64,000 nt of DNA, taken from the NCBI GenBank assembly GCA_052426225.1, contig JBNJNM010000023.1, forward strand, positions 930,001-994,000, in the 5' to 3' direction. Within the stretch, counting starts at the first letter, position 1; each line of letters begins with the position of its first letter. The notes under the pieces were generated by a model. That model made no database searches. It was not told the origin of the DNA and saw only the letters and a program-made list of their open reading frames with translations. This DNA comes from Zancudomyces culisetae HAW-14-8. Its lineage: Eukaryota > Fungi > Kickxellomycota. Position numbers and translations under genes: made by a program. This document shows positions 52,687 to 64,000 of this stretch, one piece after another.

Positions 52687-53703
52687 TGCATTTAATATTT
52701 AATATTTATACTATTCTAGTTTTTAAATACAACGAAATGAATTATCACATGTTTAAAAGTAAAGAGTAATGAAGAGTTGTTCGAGTAGGCGGGTTGATAA
52801 ATGTAGTGCAGGTGATTTACCTTTAATGTCACTAGATATATTGGCAAAATCTAGTCCTAATCGCTTAGTGTTAATTGTTCTTGTATATTTAGCTTGTCGA
52901 AAAGTGGAATAAATCGATAGATTGTAAAAAAAAAAATTCAATTAGAAGAATCGAGAAATAGTAGAGATGTATTTCTGAGTCATTTGTGTTTGGAGTGTAT
53001 GATTTTGAAATGGGGGAGGAAGAAGTGAGGTTGTTGTAAGGGAAGAACAAAGATAAGTATAATTGAGGAATATATGAGAAAAAGTACAAGTAATTTATAT
53101 TTTAGACTTTTAGTTGTTTTTCGAAATTAGGAATAAAAAGAGAATAAAATATGTGGGAATGAGTAATAATTGGTATTTTTGGAAATAAAGGCGTTTTTAA
53201 TTTTTTAATTTTTTACGCTTTTACGCTTTTACGCTTTTACGCTTTTGCCTTTTTCGGTTTATCAGTTTTTTGGTTTTTAGAGTTTAATAGTTGGTTGGTA
53301 AATGGGAGAAAGAGAGGAGAGGTGAGGTGAGGAGAGGAGGATGGGGGAGGGGGAGGTTAAAAAGGAATAAAAAGAAATTAATTTAATGAAATTTAATCGA
53401 GACTAAACAAAATAAGAATTGAATGTGGATAGTGGTGGTTGGAGGGGTTGTGTTTTGGTAATGGTAGATGTGGGTAAAGGGGAGAGGAGGGGTTTGAAAT
53501 ACAAAAGGAAAATTACAAGTAGTGGTAAATTGAAATATTGTAACAGTGTTTATTATTAATTATGTAAATAAAAGGGAAAAAAGACAACAAAAATAGAAAA
53601 AAGTGAATAAAAAAAAAAGTTCAAGAATAAAGAGTACAAATTTGGCAAGAAAAAGATGAAAAAAAAAAGAAAAAGAAAAAGAAAAAGAAAAAGAAAAAGA
53701 AAA

Positions 53704-53752
53704 TGGGAAGTGGGAAGTGGGAAGTGGGAAGTGGGAAGTGGGAAGTGGGAAG
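53704..53752 (+). repeat. (TGGGAAG)7 G-tract tandem repeat
   Basis: Seven perfect units, matching the G3-N4 quadruplex pattern. Confidence 0.9.
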
Positions 53753-54789
53753 GGGAGCAGGTGTGATGTGATGTAATGTGATGTAATGTAATGTGGTAAA
53801 GGGAAAAATGGTAGAGAATAAAGGTAGAAAAGATAGAAAAGTGAAAAGTAAATAAAGCAATGTGATAAAGAGACAATTGAATGAGTTTGTAAAGTCAAAA
53901 AGTGTTCAATGGAAAAAGGATTTTCAATTACCGATTTTAAAGACAATTAAAAAAAGGATTAAATAACAAGGAGATAACCAATTTGATTAGTGAATTACTA
54001 TTGAAAAAAAATAATAATAAAAAGATATACAAGTGAAATCACCATAATTATGTCTTTTTAAAATAATGTTAAGCCTGGGGACTTTTTGACAGCGACTGAC
54101 AGGTTGTGATAGAAAAGTAGAAAGAGGTAGAGGTAAAGAAAGAGAGAGAAAGAGAGAAAGAGATGGAGGGTATGTGTATGTGAAATCATCAAGTGTAAAA
54201 TGTAAAATGTAAAGATTAGTGTATACAAATTATGTTATTTTGGTTTTACTGGACCAGTAATGCGGTACTTGAAAAAATAAAAACGTAATGATATAAAAAT
54301 GCAAGAAAAGTAAAAAAAATAAATTAAATGTTAAAAGTAAAAATGTATGGAAGGAAGGAGCAAAAGTGGGTTGGTGGGTTGGTGGGTTGGTGGGTTGGTG
54401 GAGGGGGGGGGGGGAGAAGAAGAAAAGGATGGAAATGTTGGTTGAGATTGGATATATATGTATCAAAAAAAAAGTATATATTTAGTATTATTGCTATTGT
54501 ATTTTTGGGAAATTTTTTTTTGTTTTTTTTTTTAATAAAAAAGGGAAAAGACCAACCAAGTAATCTAGGAAATATTAAATTTTTACCTATAAAAAGTAAA
54601 TTAAAAAAGGTAATAAATAGGATTTACAACTCTAAATTCTATTACTAAAAAAGAATAAAGAAAAAAAACGAGAAAAAAAAAACGAGAAAAAAAAAACGAG
54701 AAAAAAGAGGTCTTTACAACCAGATTTATTTTTTTAGAGATTGGAAATAAAAAATAAATGTATAAATAAATATAAAATAAATAAATAAA

Positions 54790-57700
54790 TTAATCACTGG
54801 AATAATCACTATCCAAATCAGAATTGGAACCAGGGACAACAGAGAATTGTAAATCAAGCTCCTGGTCACAACCTACATAACAGTCAGACACCAAATATAC
54901 TTTGTACGTGTAAGAATTTGGAATTTTGGGAGCATCAAATTCCAATTGTACATTATAAGTTTCACCCTCATCATCCTCACCATCCTGATCCTCATCTTCA
55001 TCATCAAGAGATTTAGATTTAGATTTAGATTTAGATTTAGACTTAGACTTTTTAAATGATTTGGAAAGGGCAAGTAAATTGATACGTTTAATAGCAATCA
55101 GATTAGAAGATTCAGTGGTTAAAATGACATACCAATTAGTAGTTAGGTATAAATCATTTTCAAGAGTTGGATCAGATAATATTAGTGAAGAGGAAGAAGA
55201 GGCATGAGGATAGTAAAATAAGAGTTTTGCAGGGGTGAGATCAGGATTATCATTGTGGATTTGGATATTAAGAGTAAGTTGAGAATTTGCGACAAATTCA
55301 GAAACAGAATTATTATTGTTAGAATTGTTATTATCGGATTGAGGATGTTCAGAATCGTCGATAATTGAAGCATTCAAGTCCAAAGCTGGATAATTATTGG
55401 CAAAATCGGCAACGTGTTGAATTTGTGAAGAATCGAGTAACCCACAAAACAAATCAAGTCGGAATTGGTCATCTTCAATATCCAAGAAATCATAAACAGT
55501 AGTGATATTGTTGTTGCGACACTTGAGGATGATTTGAGAATGATCAAACAAGTGAGGCATTTGTTTAATAACAGGATCAAGTAGAGAAGCAGAACCAGAA
55601 GCAGAACTAGTTGTATTATTGGTGGTGCTTTGAATGGTCCACATGGACATATATGTCATCTGACACAATTCCAAACAAACCAGAGCAGGAGTGGTAAAGG
55701 TAAGAGAGGCGCTAATATCAACAATAGCATGCAAAAGAGAAGGAAGTAATTTGAGGATTTGGAGTTGGTCAGAGTAAAGAAGGCCATCTATTGGCTGGAG
55801 ATCGATACGGCTGAAGTGGGCTTGGATCAACAGATTGATTTTGCGTAGGGAGGAGTGTTTGAGAGGTACAGAAGAAGCCAAACGATCGAGTAAAGCGGAT
55901 TCAGTAGAGTCACGAATGGTAGCAAACGGGGCAAATTCATCGCAGTTGGATAACAATTCGAGGATTCCACGTAGCTTGGTGGAGGGAGTAAGGGATAAAG
56001 CAAACATTTCAATAGTTAGATAGCTTAGTTGATAGTAAGAAGCAATCATACCCAAATTAGTAGCTTCAAATTCACCTTCACCATCATCATTTTCTTGTTC
56101 TTGTTCTTGCTCTTCATTTTCATCTTCATTATGAGTAATGGAAATACATTTGGCTTGGATCAAGTCACCAGTACAATTTTCAACCAATTCAGACAAATAA
56201 TCGCTGACGTCACTGTGAGAAGTGCCACGTAAGCCATAATAGCTGGGGTTTTGCAACAGTCTGCGGTACAAAAATGTCCAGGTTAAGTAATCAACGGCGT
56301 CTTGGTTGGTAGTAATCGACTGAGCGACAATTTCGGTATTGAAACAATTGGCCAGTACCGTCGTTGAATTCTTGAGTTTTCCGCCCAAGTTCACCGCACT
56401 TGTCGTCATTGGAACCAAACCACTACTGTTGTTGGCGTTGTTGATAAGTTGGGATTCTATTGGCAACATGTCGTTTATAAATTTCTTGTAGTAATGGTTC
56501 TTGTTATTAGCAGGACATATCAGCATACATTTGGATGTACATAATGATAACATTTGTAATAGCTGAGGAATTGGATAATCTACATAACGGTTTTGAACGG
56601 GAGAATAGTAAATAGTACCCATAATAACCAGGTTGTCAACGGTAGAGTTGATGTTGTATATCATATCACGTGACACAATGACTAAGCGTAATAAAGGATG
56701 AGTATTGTTGTTGTTGTTGTTGTTTGATGAAGAAGAGGAAGAAGAAGAGGATGAGGAGGCGAGTAAATTTAAAACATGTGATTTATCAAGAGAATCCATA
56801 GAGTCATAAAGATAAGCAATACCAGCGTTAAGAATTAGATGGCGTAGATTTTTATCAGAGAAGCTTAAATTATCAAGGTTGGAAGTTTTGTTGAAAGTTG
56901 AAGAGGATGAAGAGAGAGATAAAGATAAAGAGGAGAGCAAGTGAGCAGCCAAGGGTTTAATTTGACGAGAATCACCCAAGACGAGGAGATTAGATTTTTT
57001 GGATAGGGGGTTGTTCAAGTCTAAAAATTGAGAGGATTGATTAACGAGGGATAAGATGAGGGAAGAGTAATTTGAGGATGAGGATGAAGAGGTGAAATTA
57101 TTGGAAAAGGTGACAAGATGGATATCGAGAGGTTGGTGGCGAATGGAAGGATGGAAATTATACATTGCAGAAGTAAGAGATTTGGATTTATTGTTGGAAA
57201 TGGAAATGCCCAACCATTCACAAACATCCTTGGCATTGGCTAAAGGAACAGACAAGGCGAGTAGACGAATATGACGATTGGTTTGGGCGGAAATGTAGCG
57301 AAGTCTGCTACAAACGATTTCATAGGAAGGATCAAAACCGACAAATTCTAGTCGATCGAGAATGGCTAGGGATATGCGGTGTAAAGCTTTACGTTGTTTC
57401 CATCTTCGAGATAGGTTTTCGAATTGAGATACAGTACAGCAAATGACAGTGCTTGAAGCCAAGATTTCCAAATCACGAGTGATATTACCATCAGTAGTTA
57501 GACGACCAAACAAATTTGAAGAATTGGAATTGGAATTGGAATTGGAAAGAGTTGAAAAGTAAGGATTGTTGGACCATTTAGAGTAAACTAAATCTACAGC
57601 TTGTTGACCAACAGGAGAGATATAAAAGGCTTTTGAAGTTGAATTTGAAGTTGAATTTGAATCAGATGAAAGAGATAAAAGGAAATTGAGGAGAGCCAAA

Positions 57701-60700
57701 TCAGCAATTTGAGATAAAGCGGAATTAACAGTAGTTCCAATAAAGACACTGTTAGTAGATTGATAAACAGAGTGGAATGATTGAGAGACTATAGGATCAA
57801 ACTCAACAATATCAGGGAATAATAATGATAGAGGAGAAGGAGAAGGAGAAGAGTTGACGAGAACAGGTTGCATATCGAGTAATTCAGTTGGAGGAAGAAA
57901 CTTTTCAGGAAGAATCAACTGACGGAAAGAAACACAGACACGAGATTCTGAACCCAACCAACGATCCGAGACCAGAGAAATGGTATAGTGGGGAGGTTTT
58001 GGATCAAGCAGAGGACAAACAAAGTCAACGACATAATCGGCAAGGTTGCGACGAAGCAAAATGGGCTGGACATGGATAAGCCGCAACCCATCAGCAGACT
58101 CGACAAGAATCCAAAACAACACACTGTCAAAACTGCTGTTGGAATCATCCCAAGCAAAATCAATAGCAATGTTCAATCGGACCTTCAAAACCGCCCGACT
58201 CCACGGCTGGATATCAACATGAATCTCAACACGAGGAATCGAATGAACCAGCTTGTGTAATAGCCGTCCGGCTCTGGCAACACCTACCCATTCACCCAAC
58301 TCATCCGCCTGCATATCCAACAATCTAGGCCACGACAGAGTCTTTCGCTCAACACGACGTAACAAATCCACAGGAATCCCCCCGGGGACGCCAACGCCCA
58401 ACTGAGCAAGAGGCGACGATGTCTCCCACAACCGCTGCTCTACTTGTTTACACCACACCAGTGCGCGACGAGCTGCTTGGGCCCAGCCTTTACGTAGGCA
58501 GATTTCAAACAGCGCGCGGAACAGTCTGGCAGCCGACTGAGTCACATAAACCATATCTGCACCCAACGCAAACCCATCCAGCTTCAACCTAGCGATATAC
58601 GCTTGCAGCAATACTGCAACCTTGGCAACTGGCTCGTCGACAGCTTCTTTGATGGGAATGGGAACCCGTTCCAGCAACCTAGCCAGCTCGGGCTTTTCAT
58701 CCATCCGAACTTGCACGCGCTCAAACTCTGCACTGCTACTAAACACACGAACCAGGTCCATGTCGCCTATAGCCGCATGCAAGTGTTGCTGGTATGCTTC
58801 CATGCTGCGGTAGTCTACATAGTACTGTGCAGCTACTCGGCCCATTTCCGTTGTTGTTAATTTCCCACTTGCTACATCGTACCTTACCATTCCTGCTCGC
58901 GCCAATTGCTCACTTGCTGAATGAATCAAATCTACTCGTCGCTGTATATACCCCCGATCTTCTTGGCTTTGACTTTGATTTGTACATTTATATATAGCTG
59001 GTGCTCTAATCATTCGTACATAGTAATAAGTATATCCAAGCCATTCAACTGCTTCGTCTCGACTACTTATCGTTCCCAAACTAACTTCTGCATTCATCAT
59101 ATCCGCCAACCGTGTCACTAACTGCGACTCTATTGGCAGTTGCTGATTCAACAAACTCAAATAATACTGCAACTCTCCATGCGTTGTGATAATCACGCCT
59201 TCTCCAAACGTATCGTACTGTGGCCGTCCTGCTCTTCCCAACATTTGCAACACATCTTGTGGTGACAGCTCTATCCACCGTCCTTGTTCAGGCGAATATA
59301 CACTCGTTCCTTTTATAATCACACTGTGCGCTGGCAAATTCACTCCCCACGCCAATGTCGCTGTACTCACAAGCACTTGCACGTGTCCGTCTGCAAACAA
59401 CTCTTCCACCAGCGTCCGATCCACCCGGCTCATTCCTGCATGATGCACCGCAAATCCATACGGCAACAACTCCTTCAACACTCCGTCCTTTGTACTCTCC
59501 GCTTCTGTCTGCAGAATCTCCCGGCTCGCTCCATTTACACTCACATACTTCCCAATTGTTCCTGCCTCAATTGCCTTGTCTCGCAACATCATTGCTGTCC
59601 GCCCCGTGTCTTTACGTGCATGTACAAACACCAACACTTGGTTCTTTCCTGCTTGTTCCTCGACTTTGGAAAACGTCACTTCGTTCATTACCGCCATTCG
59701 CTTAATCGCTTTTTTCTCTGTAATTCCTACAAATGTCTGCTGTAATGGACATGGCCGGTACTTCCCATCAAAATAAAACATCCCCTTGTTTCGATCCACC
59801 CGCATAAAATCCGCCACGTCTACATAGTTGGGCAGTGTCGCTGATAACCCGACCAGTCGCACCGCCTCTTGTGTCTGCTCCATTGTCCGCAACGTTCTCG
59901 CCACTATTGCCTCCAGTACTGGTCCTCGTGTATCATGCAATAAATGCACCTCATCTATTATCACCAACCGTACTTGTCGCAAATAACTCGCCTCACTTCC
60001 TCGTCTTGTCACTACATCCCATTTCTCTGGAGTTGTTACTATCACCTGTGTCGCCTCCAATTCTGCTCGTGTCTGTTGTACATCTCCCGTCAACTCTCTT
60101 ACTTGCACCCCTAATCCTTCCAACCGCCTTGTAAACCCTCCCGCTATTTCCGCTACCAACGCCTTCATTGGCGCTATATACACCACTTTACTATTCTTAT
60201 CTATACCTGTACTATTCCCATTTCCACTCCCACTCCTACTCCCATTTCGTCCTAATGCTTCCAATATCGTCAACATTGCTACGTTCGTCTTTCCCGCTCC
60301 TGTTGGTGCACATACCAACATATTCTCTTGTGTATGGAACGCTGTCTTGAACACTTTACTTTGAATCCTATTAAACGTCTTGGTCCCCACAAACACTTGC
60401 TGCGCCCACCCTGGAACTGAGCTAATCGGTACTAACTCTCCCCCAAACTCCTCTGCTTTCTTGGGTGCTGGTACATATACCTCCTCATATCCTTTACCTG
60501 TCTTTTTAAACGATCCCTCTGGTAATCTACACTTTTTATTTGTCATTACTCGTGCTCCCTGTGTAAAACAAAGCTCTTCTAAGTCTATCTTTTCCTCTGG
60601 TTTATACTTTTTTTCCTTTTTTTCCTTTTCTTTTCCCTCTTTTCCCTCTTCTTCCACATCCATTTCTTCCATTTTCACTCTTTTTTCCTTTACTTTCTCT

Positions 60701-62088
60701 TTTTCTTGCTTTTCGTCCATCAAAATTCCTTTATATCCTTCTCGTTCCATCCACTCTCTCACCTCCCTCTTTTTTTCCTCTCCTCCTTCCGCTACTGCCC
60801 TTGCCCATCTACTCCCCCATACTATCGCCTCTCTATTCATCGCAAGTTCTTGTACCAAATCAAACTTGCTAAACTCAAATAGCTCCACCAACCGATTCTC
60901 CAATTCTCGCAGCTCCATTCCTGACTCCAATATCTCTCTAACCTCTCTACTCTTCTCTTGCACTTCACTTTCATCTTCAAACTCTTTTCGCATTCGTCTT
61001 TGTATCCAAAATGCATCTATTTCATGTACCTTGTACTCTTTTTTCCCTCCTCCCCCTCCTCCTTCACTTCCACTTTCTCTTTCTCTTTCACTTCTACTTT
61101 CACCTTCTCCTCTCACTTTTTCCCTCTCTTGTTTTCCCCTTCTCTTGCCCAAAACTACTGTTTCTTCTCCAAGTTCCTCTTCCCCTTCCTCTTCCCCTTC
61201 TCCCTTTCTTCTTTGTTTATTTTCTTGATCTCTCATAATAATCTCCTTTATCATTTGTTCCTCCTCTTCCTCTCCATCTTGATCCATTGCATTTCCATCC
61301 TCCTCGTCTTCTTCGTCTTCGTCTTCTTCTTCTTCAGCCTGTTCCATTTCATCTTCAAATACCACTGCTACTCCTAATCTCTCATCCATCTCTTCCTCTT
61401 GCTCTTCTTGTTCCTCTTCCTGTTCCTCTTCTCCTTCTTTACGCATCTTGTTTCTTCTTTTTCTTCCCTCCTCCCTTTCCCTTTCTTCCTCTTCTTCTTC
61501 TTTTTCTCCCCTATAATCAACTATTTGTTTTCCCAAATTCACAAGCACTGTAAAATCACTCTCTTTAACTTTACTCGACAACATCTCTTCAATCTGCCCC
61601 TTCTTTTCTTTATCCCGAATATTCAAATCCTTCAAGATCTCCAATACTTCATCACTCGCCGAGCGCACCACCTCCTCACTCTGTGTTCCTAAATACTTGC
61701 TCACTTGCTCCATAATCTTGCTCCACACCTCCTCTGTCTCCTGTGTCTGTGGTCGGTACCTCTGCCCCTCCAATGCTTCAGTTGCCGTTATTACATTTTC
61801 CTTTCCATACATCCTTTTCATTTTCTCTTGAGCCTCGGCTCTGGCCCGTCGCCGCTTCTCCTCCTTTTTCAATTGCTCTATTTCTTCCCGCTTATCTACT
61901 TTTGTCTTGCCCAACATCTCCCGTACTCGACTGCCCATGTCGCGCGGATCTATCCGTCCCCATAGCGATTCCGGCTCTCCGCTCGGCTCATTTGTTCGCC
62001 GCGGTAGTTCTGTTCGATCTACCTGTAGTACCAGGTTGCTGTTTGCTGCATATTGATACTGATTTGCTCGGTTCGCCTCATCTGCCAT
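54790..62088 (-). CDS. BRR2: U5 snRNP Ski2-like helicase Brr2/SNRNP200 (intronless, 2432 aa)
   Basis: YQYAANSNLVL, EPSGEPESLWG, PWI-like domain (IDAFWIQR), APTGAGKT, DEVH, LSATLPN, TLAWGVNLPA, QMLGRAGRPQYD, a Sec63 unit, a second cassette, and terminal DCYVGCDQE. Confidence 0.97.
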   Translation of the reverse strand: MADEANRANQYQYAANSNLVLQVDRTELPRRTNEPSGEPESLWGRIDPRDMGSRVREMLGKTKVDKREEIEQLKKEEKRRRARAEAQEKMKRMYGKENVITATEALEGQRYRPQTQETEEVWSKIMEQVSKYLGTQSEEVVRSASDEVLEILKDLNIRDKEKKGQIEEMLSSKVKESDFTVLVNLGKQIVDYRGEKEEEEEEREREEGRKRRNKMRKEGEEEQEEEQEEQEEEMDERLGVAVVFEDEMEQAEEEEDEDEEDEEDGNAMDQDGEEEEEQMIKEIIMRDQENKQRRKGEGEEEGEEELGEETVVLGKRRGKQEREKVRGEGESRSERERESGSEGGGGGGKKEYKVHEIDAFWIQRRMRKEFEDESEVQEKSREVREILESGMELRELENRLVELFEFSKFDLVQELAMNREAIVWGSRWARAVAEGGEEKKREVREWMEREGYKGILMDEKQEKEKVKEKRVKMEEMDVEEEGKEGKEKEKKEKKYKPEEKIDLEELCFTQGARVMTNKKCRLPEGSFKKTGKGYEEVYVPAPKKAEEFGGELVPISSVPGWAQQVFVGTKTFNRIQSKVFKTAFHTQENMLVCAPTGAGKTNVAMLTILEALGRNGSRSGSGNGNSTGIDKNSKVVYIAPMKALVAEIAGGFTRRLEGLGVQVRELTGDVQQTRAELEATQVIVTTPEKWDVVTRRGSEASYLRQVRLVIIDEVHLLHDTRGPVLEAIVARTLRTMEQTQEAVRLVGLSATLPNYVDVADFMRVDRNKGMFYFDGKYRPCPLQQTFVGITEKKAIKRMAVMNEVTFSKVEEQAGKNQVLVFVHARKDTGRTAMMLRDKAIEAGTIGKYVSVNGASREILQTEAESTKDGVLKELLPYGFAVHHAGMSRVDRTLVEELFADGHVQVLVSTATLAWGVNLPAHSVIIKGTSVYSPEQGRWIELSPQDVLQMLGRAGRPQYDTFGEGVIITTHGELQYYLSLLNQQLPIESQLVTRLADMMNAEVSLGTISSRDEAVEWLGYTYYYVRMIRAPAIYKCTNQSQSQEDRGYIQRRVDLIHSASEQLARAGMVRYDVASGKLTTTEMGRVAAQYYVDYRSMEAYQQHLHAAIGDMDLVRVFSSSAEFERVQVRMDEKPELARLLERVPIPIKEAVDEPVAKVAVLLQAYIARLKLDGFALGADMVYVTQSAARLFRALFEICLRKGWAQAARRALVWCKQVEQRLWETSSPLAQLGVGVPGGIPVDLLRRVERKTLSWPRLLDMQADELGEWVGVARAGRLLHKLVHSIPRVEIHVDIQPWSRAVLKVRLNIAIDFAWDDSNSSFDSVLFWILVESADGLRLIHVQPILLRRNLADYVVDFVCPLLDPKPPHYTISLVSDRWLGSESRVCVSFRQLILPEKFLPPTELLDMQPVLVNSSPSPSPLSLLFPDIVEFDPIVSQSFHSVYQSTNSVFIGTTVNSALSQIADLALLNFLLSLSSDSNSTSNSTSKAFYISPVGQQAVDLVYSKWSNNPYFSTLSNSNSNSNSSNLFGRLTTDGNITRDLEILASSTVICCTVSQFENLSRRWKQRKALHRISLAILDRLEFVGFDPSYEIVCSRLRYISAQTNRHIRLLALSVPLANAKDVCEWLGISISNNKSKSLTSAMYNFHPSIRHQPLDIHLVTFSNNFTSSSSSSNYSSLILSLVNQSSQFLDLNNPLSKKSNLLVLGDSRQIKPLAAHLLSSLSLSLSSSSSTFNKTSNLDNLSFSDKNLRHLILNAGIAYLYDSMDSLDKSHVLNLLASSSSSSSSSSSNNNNNNNTHPLLRLVIVSRDMIYNINSTVDNLVIMGTIYYSPVQNRYVDYPIPQLLQMLSLCTSKCMLICPANNKNHYYKKFINDMLPIESQLINNANNSSGLVPMTTSAVNLGGKLKNSTTVLANCFNTEIVAQSITTNQDAVDYLTWTFLYRRLLQNPSYYGLRGTSHSDVSDYLSELVENCTGDLIQAKCISITHNEDENEEQEQEQENDDGEGEFEATNLGMIASYYQLSYLTIEMFALSLTPSTKLRGILELLSNCDEFAPFATIRDSTESALLDRLASSVPLKHSSLRKINLLIQAHFSRIDLQPIDGLLYSDQLQILKLLPSLLHAIVDISASLTFTTPALVCLELCQMTYMSMWTIQSTTNNTTSSASGSASLLDPVIKQMPHLFDHSQIILKCRNNNITTVYDFLDIEDDQFRLDLFCGLLDSSQIQHVADFANNYPALDLNASIIDDSEHPQSDNNNSNNNNSVSEFVANSQLTLNIQIHNDNPDLTPAKLLFYYPHASSSSSLILSDPTLENDLYLTTNWYVILTTESSNLIAIKRINLLALSKSFKKSKSKSKSKSKSKSLDDEDEDQDGEDDEGETYNVQLEFDAPKIPNSYTYKVYLVSDCYVGCDQELDLQFSVVPGSNSDLDSDYSSD

Positions 62089-62999
62089 TTTATTTTTATT
62101 ATATTTTATTATATTATATTATATTTTTACTTTACAGGGCTTTTTATTATTATTTACTATTAAAATATTATTATTATTATAAAAAAATTTTTTTATTAAT
62201 TTTATTAAATTTTGTTTATTTATTGGATTATTTGTTTATTTTCCAATACTCTATTAAACTACAATTACGCGATTTTTGGATCAATATGTATACATTTATT
62301 TAAATTTTAGAAATTTTGTAATTGTACTTATTATTTGGTGAATAAAAACCTCACCCCGCCCCCCCTCCCCAAGGACAATAAATGGCAAGTTGTTATAACT
62401 TAACTTTTATGTTTTTCAAATCGGACTTGTAAAAATATGCACCATATATTCAATACTACTGTGTTTTATACTGTACTATACTATACTGTACTATATTATG
62501 TTATAATTATAGATTTATTTCTCAATTTTGGTTAGGTTGAGTTTCTAAATAGTCTAGTAATTTCCAAATTATTTTGATTTCTATTGATGAAATTTGTTAG
62601 TCTGTTACAGTGTATTTTTGAAACAAATACTGGTATATTTGAATTATTAGCACGTGGGTGGGCATACTGGGTATGTGCAACAGGTTTTATCATGTAGTTT
62701 TCCCAATATTTAAACAACGAAAAAAACAAAAGAAAATTGATGTATTGATATTCAGATTAAACAAAGTCTCTCAAACTTGGTTGATTAGAAACTAAAAAGC
62801 TAAAAAAAATAAAAAAAATACCATCCATTTATTACAACCAAACTTCTATATTATATCCTCTCCCACCCCTCCCCCTTCCCCTTGTTTCTCTCCATTTTAT
62901 TATTGTAAAAGTATATTTATATATATTATTCAACGATATATTATATATATATAACTATTAAACAATAAGCTCATACACACACACACACACACACACAAA

Positions 63000-63972
63000 A
63001 TGCAACTACTAAGCCTTATTAAAACCAGGTACAACCAAGCCCTAAATAAAGGGAGTCTCATATTCTTCGAATCCAACCTACTCAATCTGTTTGAAAAACA
63101 AGTCAAGGCAAGTCCTTTTGAGATTTAATAATAACAGTAAAAACAAAAATACAATTTCGTAATTGGAAGGGGGGGGGATGTGAGTTTCACATTCTTTACA
63201 ACCCCTCTCACCCTCTCACCCACCCACATTCTTTATCTCTCTCTTTGTATTCAAAGAGTAAATGATATATTACGTTATTCTCTTTGCTAAATTATAATAA
63301 ACTAATTGTTTCATAGTTTGAAGCCAGGGTTGCTCCAGTACTGGCAAAACTTGCTGATACAAGCCCAGAAGACAAGAAAAAAGAAAAAACCTTTGTTGAC
63401 CCTTTCAAAACCATTGAAAAGGACCTACTGCTATACGAAATCGATCCAGGCCACAGTCTTGTATTAAACAAGTTTTGTATTGTCCCTTACCACCTACTAA
63501 TTGTTACCAAAGGTAAAAAAATAAAATTAAAAATTAAAAACTCCTCACTCTCTCTCTCTCCCCCCCCCCCCCATTAACTTATCTATCTCGTATCCCATTC
63601 AATCTATTTTTATTTTTTTAATATTTTATTTACAACTTTACCAATAGATTTTATTGAGCAAGGAACTCCCCTAGACCATGTAGATTTTAAAGCAATTGTA
63701 TCTACAATCTTTAAAATTGCAGAACCTACTGTTACTTTTTATAACAGTGGTGAAAACTCTGGTGCAAGGTATGTATTCTTCCCCCTACCCCCACCCATAC
63801 CCCCCATCCCATTCTTTTTTTTTTACCTTCTACCATTGATTTTTTAACCATGTATTCATAATTACGATATTACCAAGTCAACCGCACAAGCACATTCAAG
63901 TTGTCCCATTGTTAGCTGAACTGGATGATTCGCCAGTTGCAAAACTCTGGATGCGATCAAACCCACCACTAG
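63000..63972 (+). CDS. APA2: Diadenosine tetraphosphate phosphorylase / ATP adenylyltransferase, 3'-partial; join(63000-63107,63317-63512,63648-63768,63878-63972,...). Missed by the ORF track.
   Basis: The spliced product contains DPF, LVLNKFCIVPYHLLIVTKDF.EQ.TPL and FYNSGENSGASQPHKHIQ (HxHxQ motif). Intron phases 0/1/2 are mutually consistent. A fourth intron starts at 63973. Confidence 0.9.
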
Positions 63973-64000
63973 GTAACTTGCCTTATTGTGTTTTCATTTA

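Overview
Eukaryotic, AT-rich, intron-containing fungal DNA. The gene set, short GT-AG introns and abundant microsatellite-derived low-complexity inserts suggest an early-diverging fungus, possibly Kickxellomycotina/Harpellales; this is an unverified inference. Two gene-dense blocks flank a ~19 kb gene-poor interval. Left block (1-21.3 kb): STT3, cytosolic LysRS, eIF2B-alpha, a kaptin/KPTN-like gene, NOT2, PGI1, PIG-P and SDHAF4. Right block (40.2-64 kb): alanine aminotransferase, short/branched-chain acyl-CoA dehydrogenase, a Glu-rich ORF, myosin V, BRR2 and a partial Ap4A phosphorylase. The gene-poor interval holds a tRNA-Arg(UCU), an intact but apparently catalytically dead PIF/Harbinger-derived gene, and a predicted spliced 40-aa secreted micro-peptide gene that the ORF track misses. 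The most notable observations are: (i) the candidate domesticated Harbinger transposase; (ii) a G-to-C strand-skew and synonymous-codon flip inside the large genes; (iii) the micro-peptide; (iv) a KICSTOR subunit homolog whose stop codon overlaps that of NOT2; (v) an intron-split start codon and a GC-AG intron. Exon structures were derived by hand from splice consensus and frame continuity. Family assignments come from recalled motifs, not database searches.
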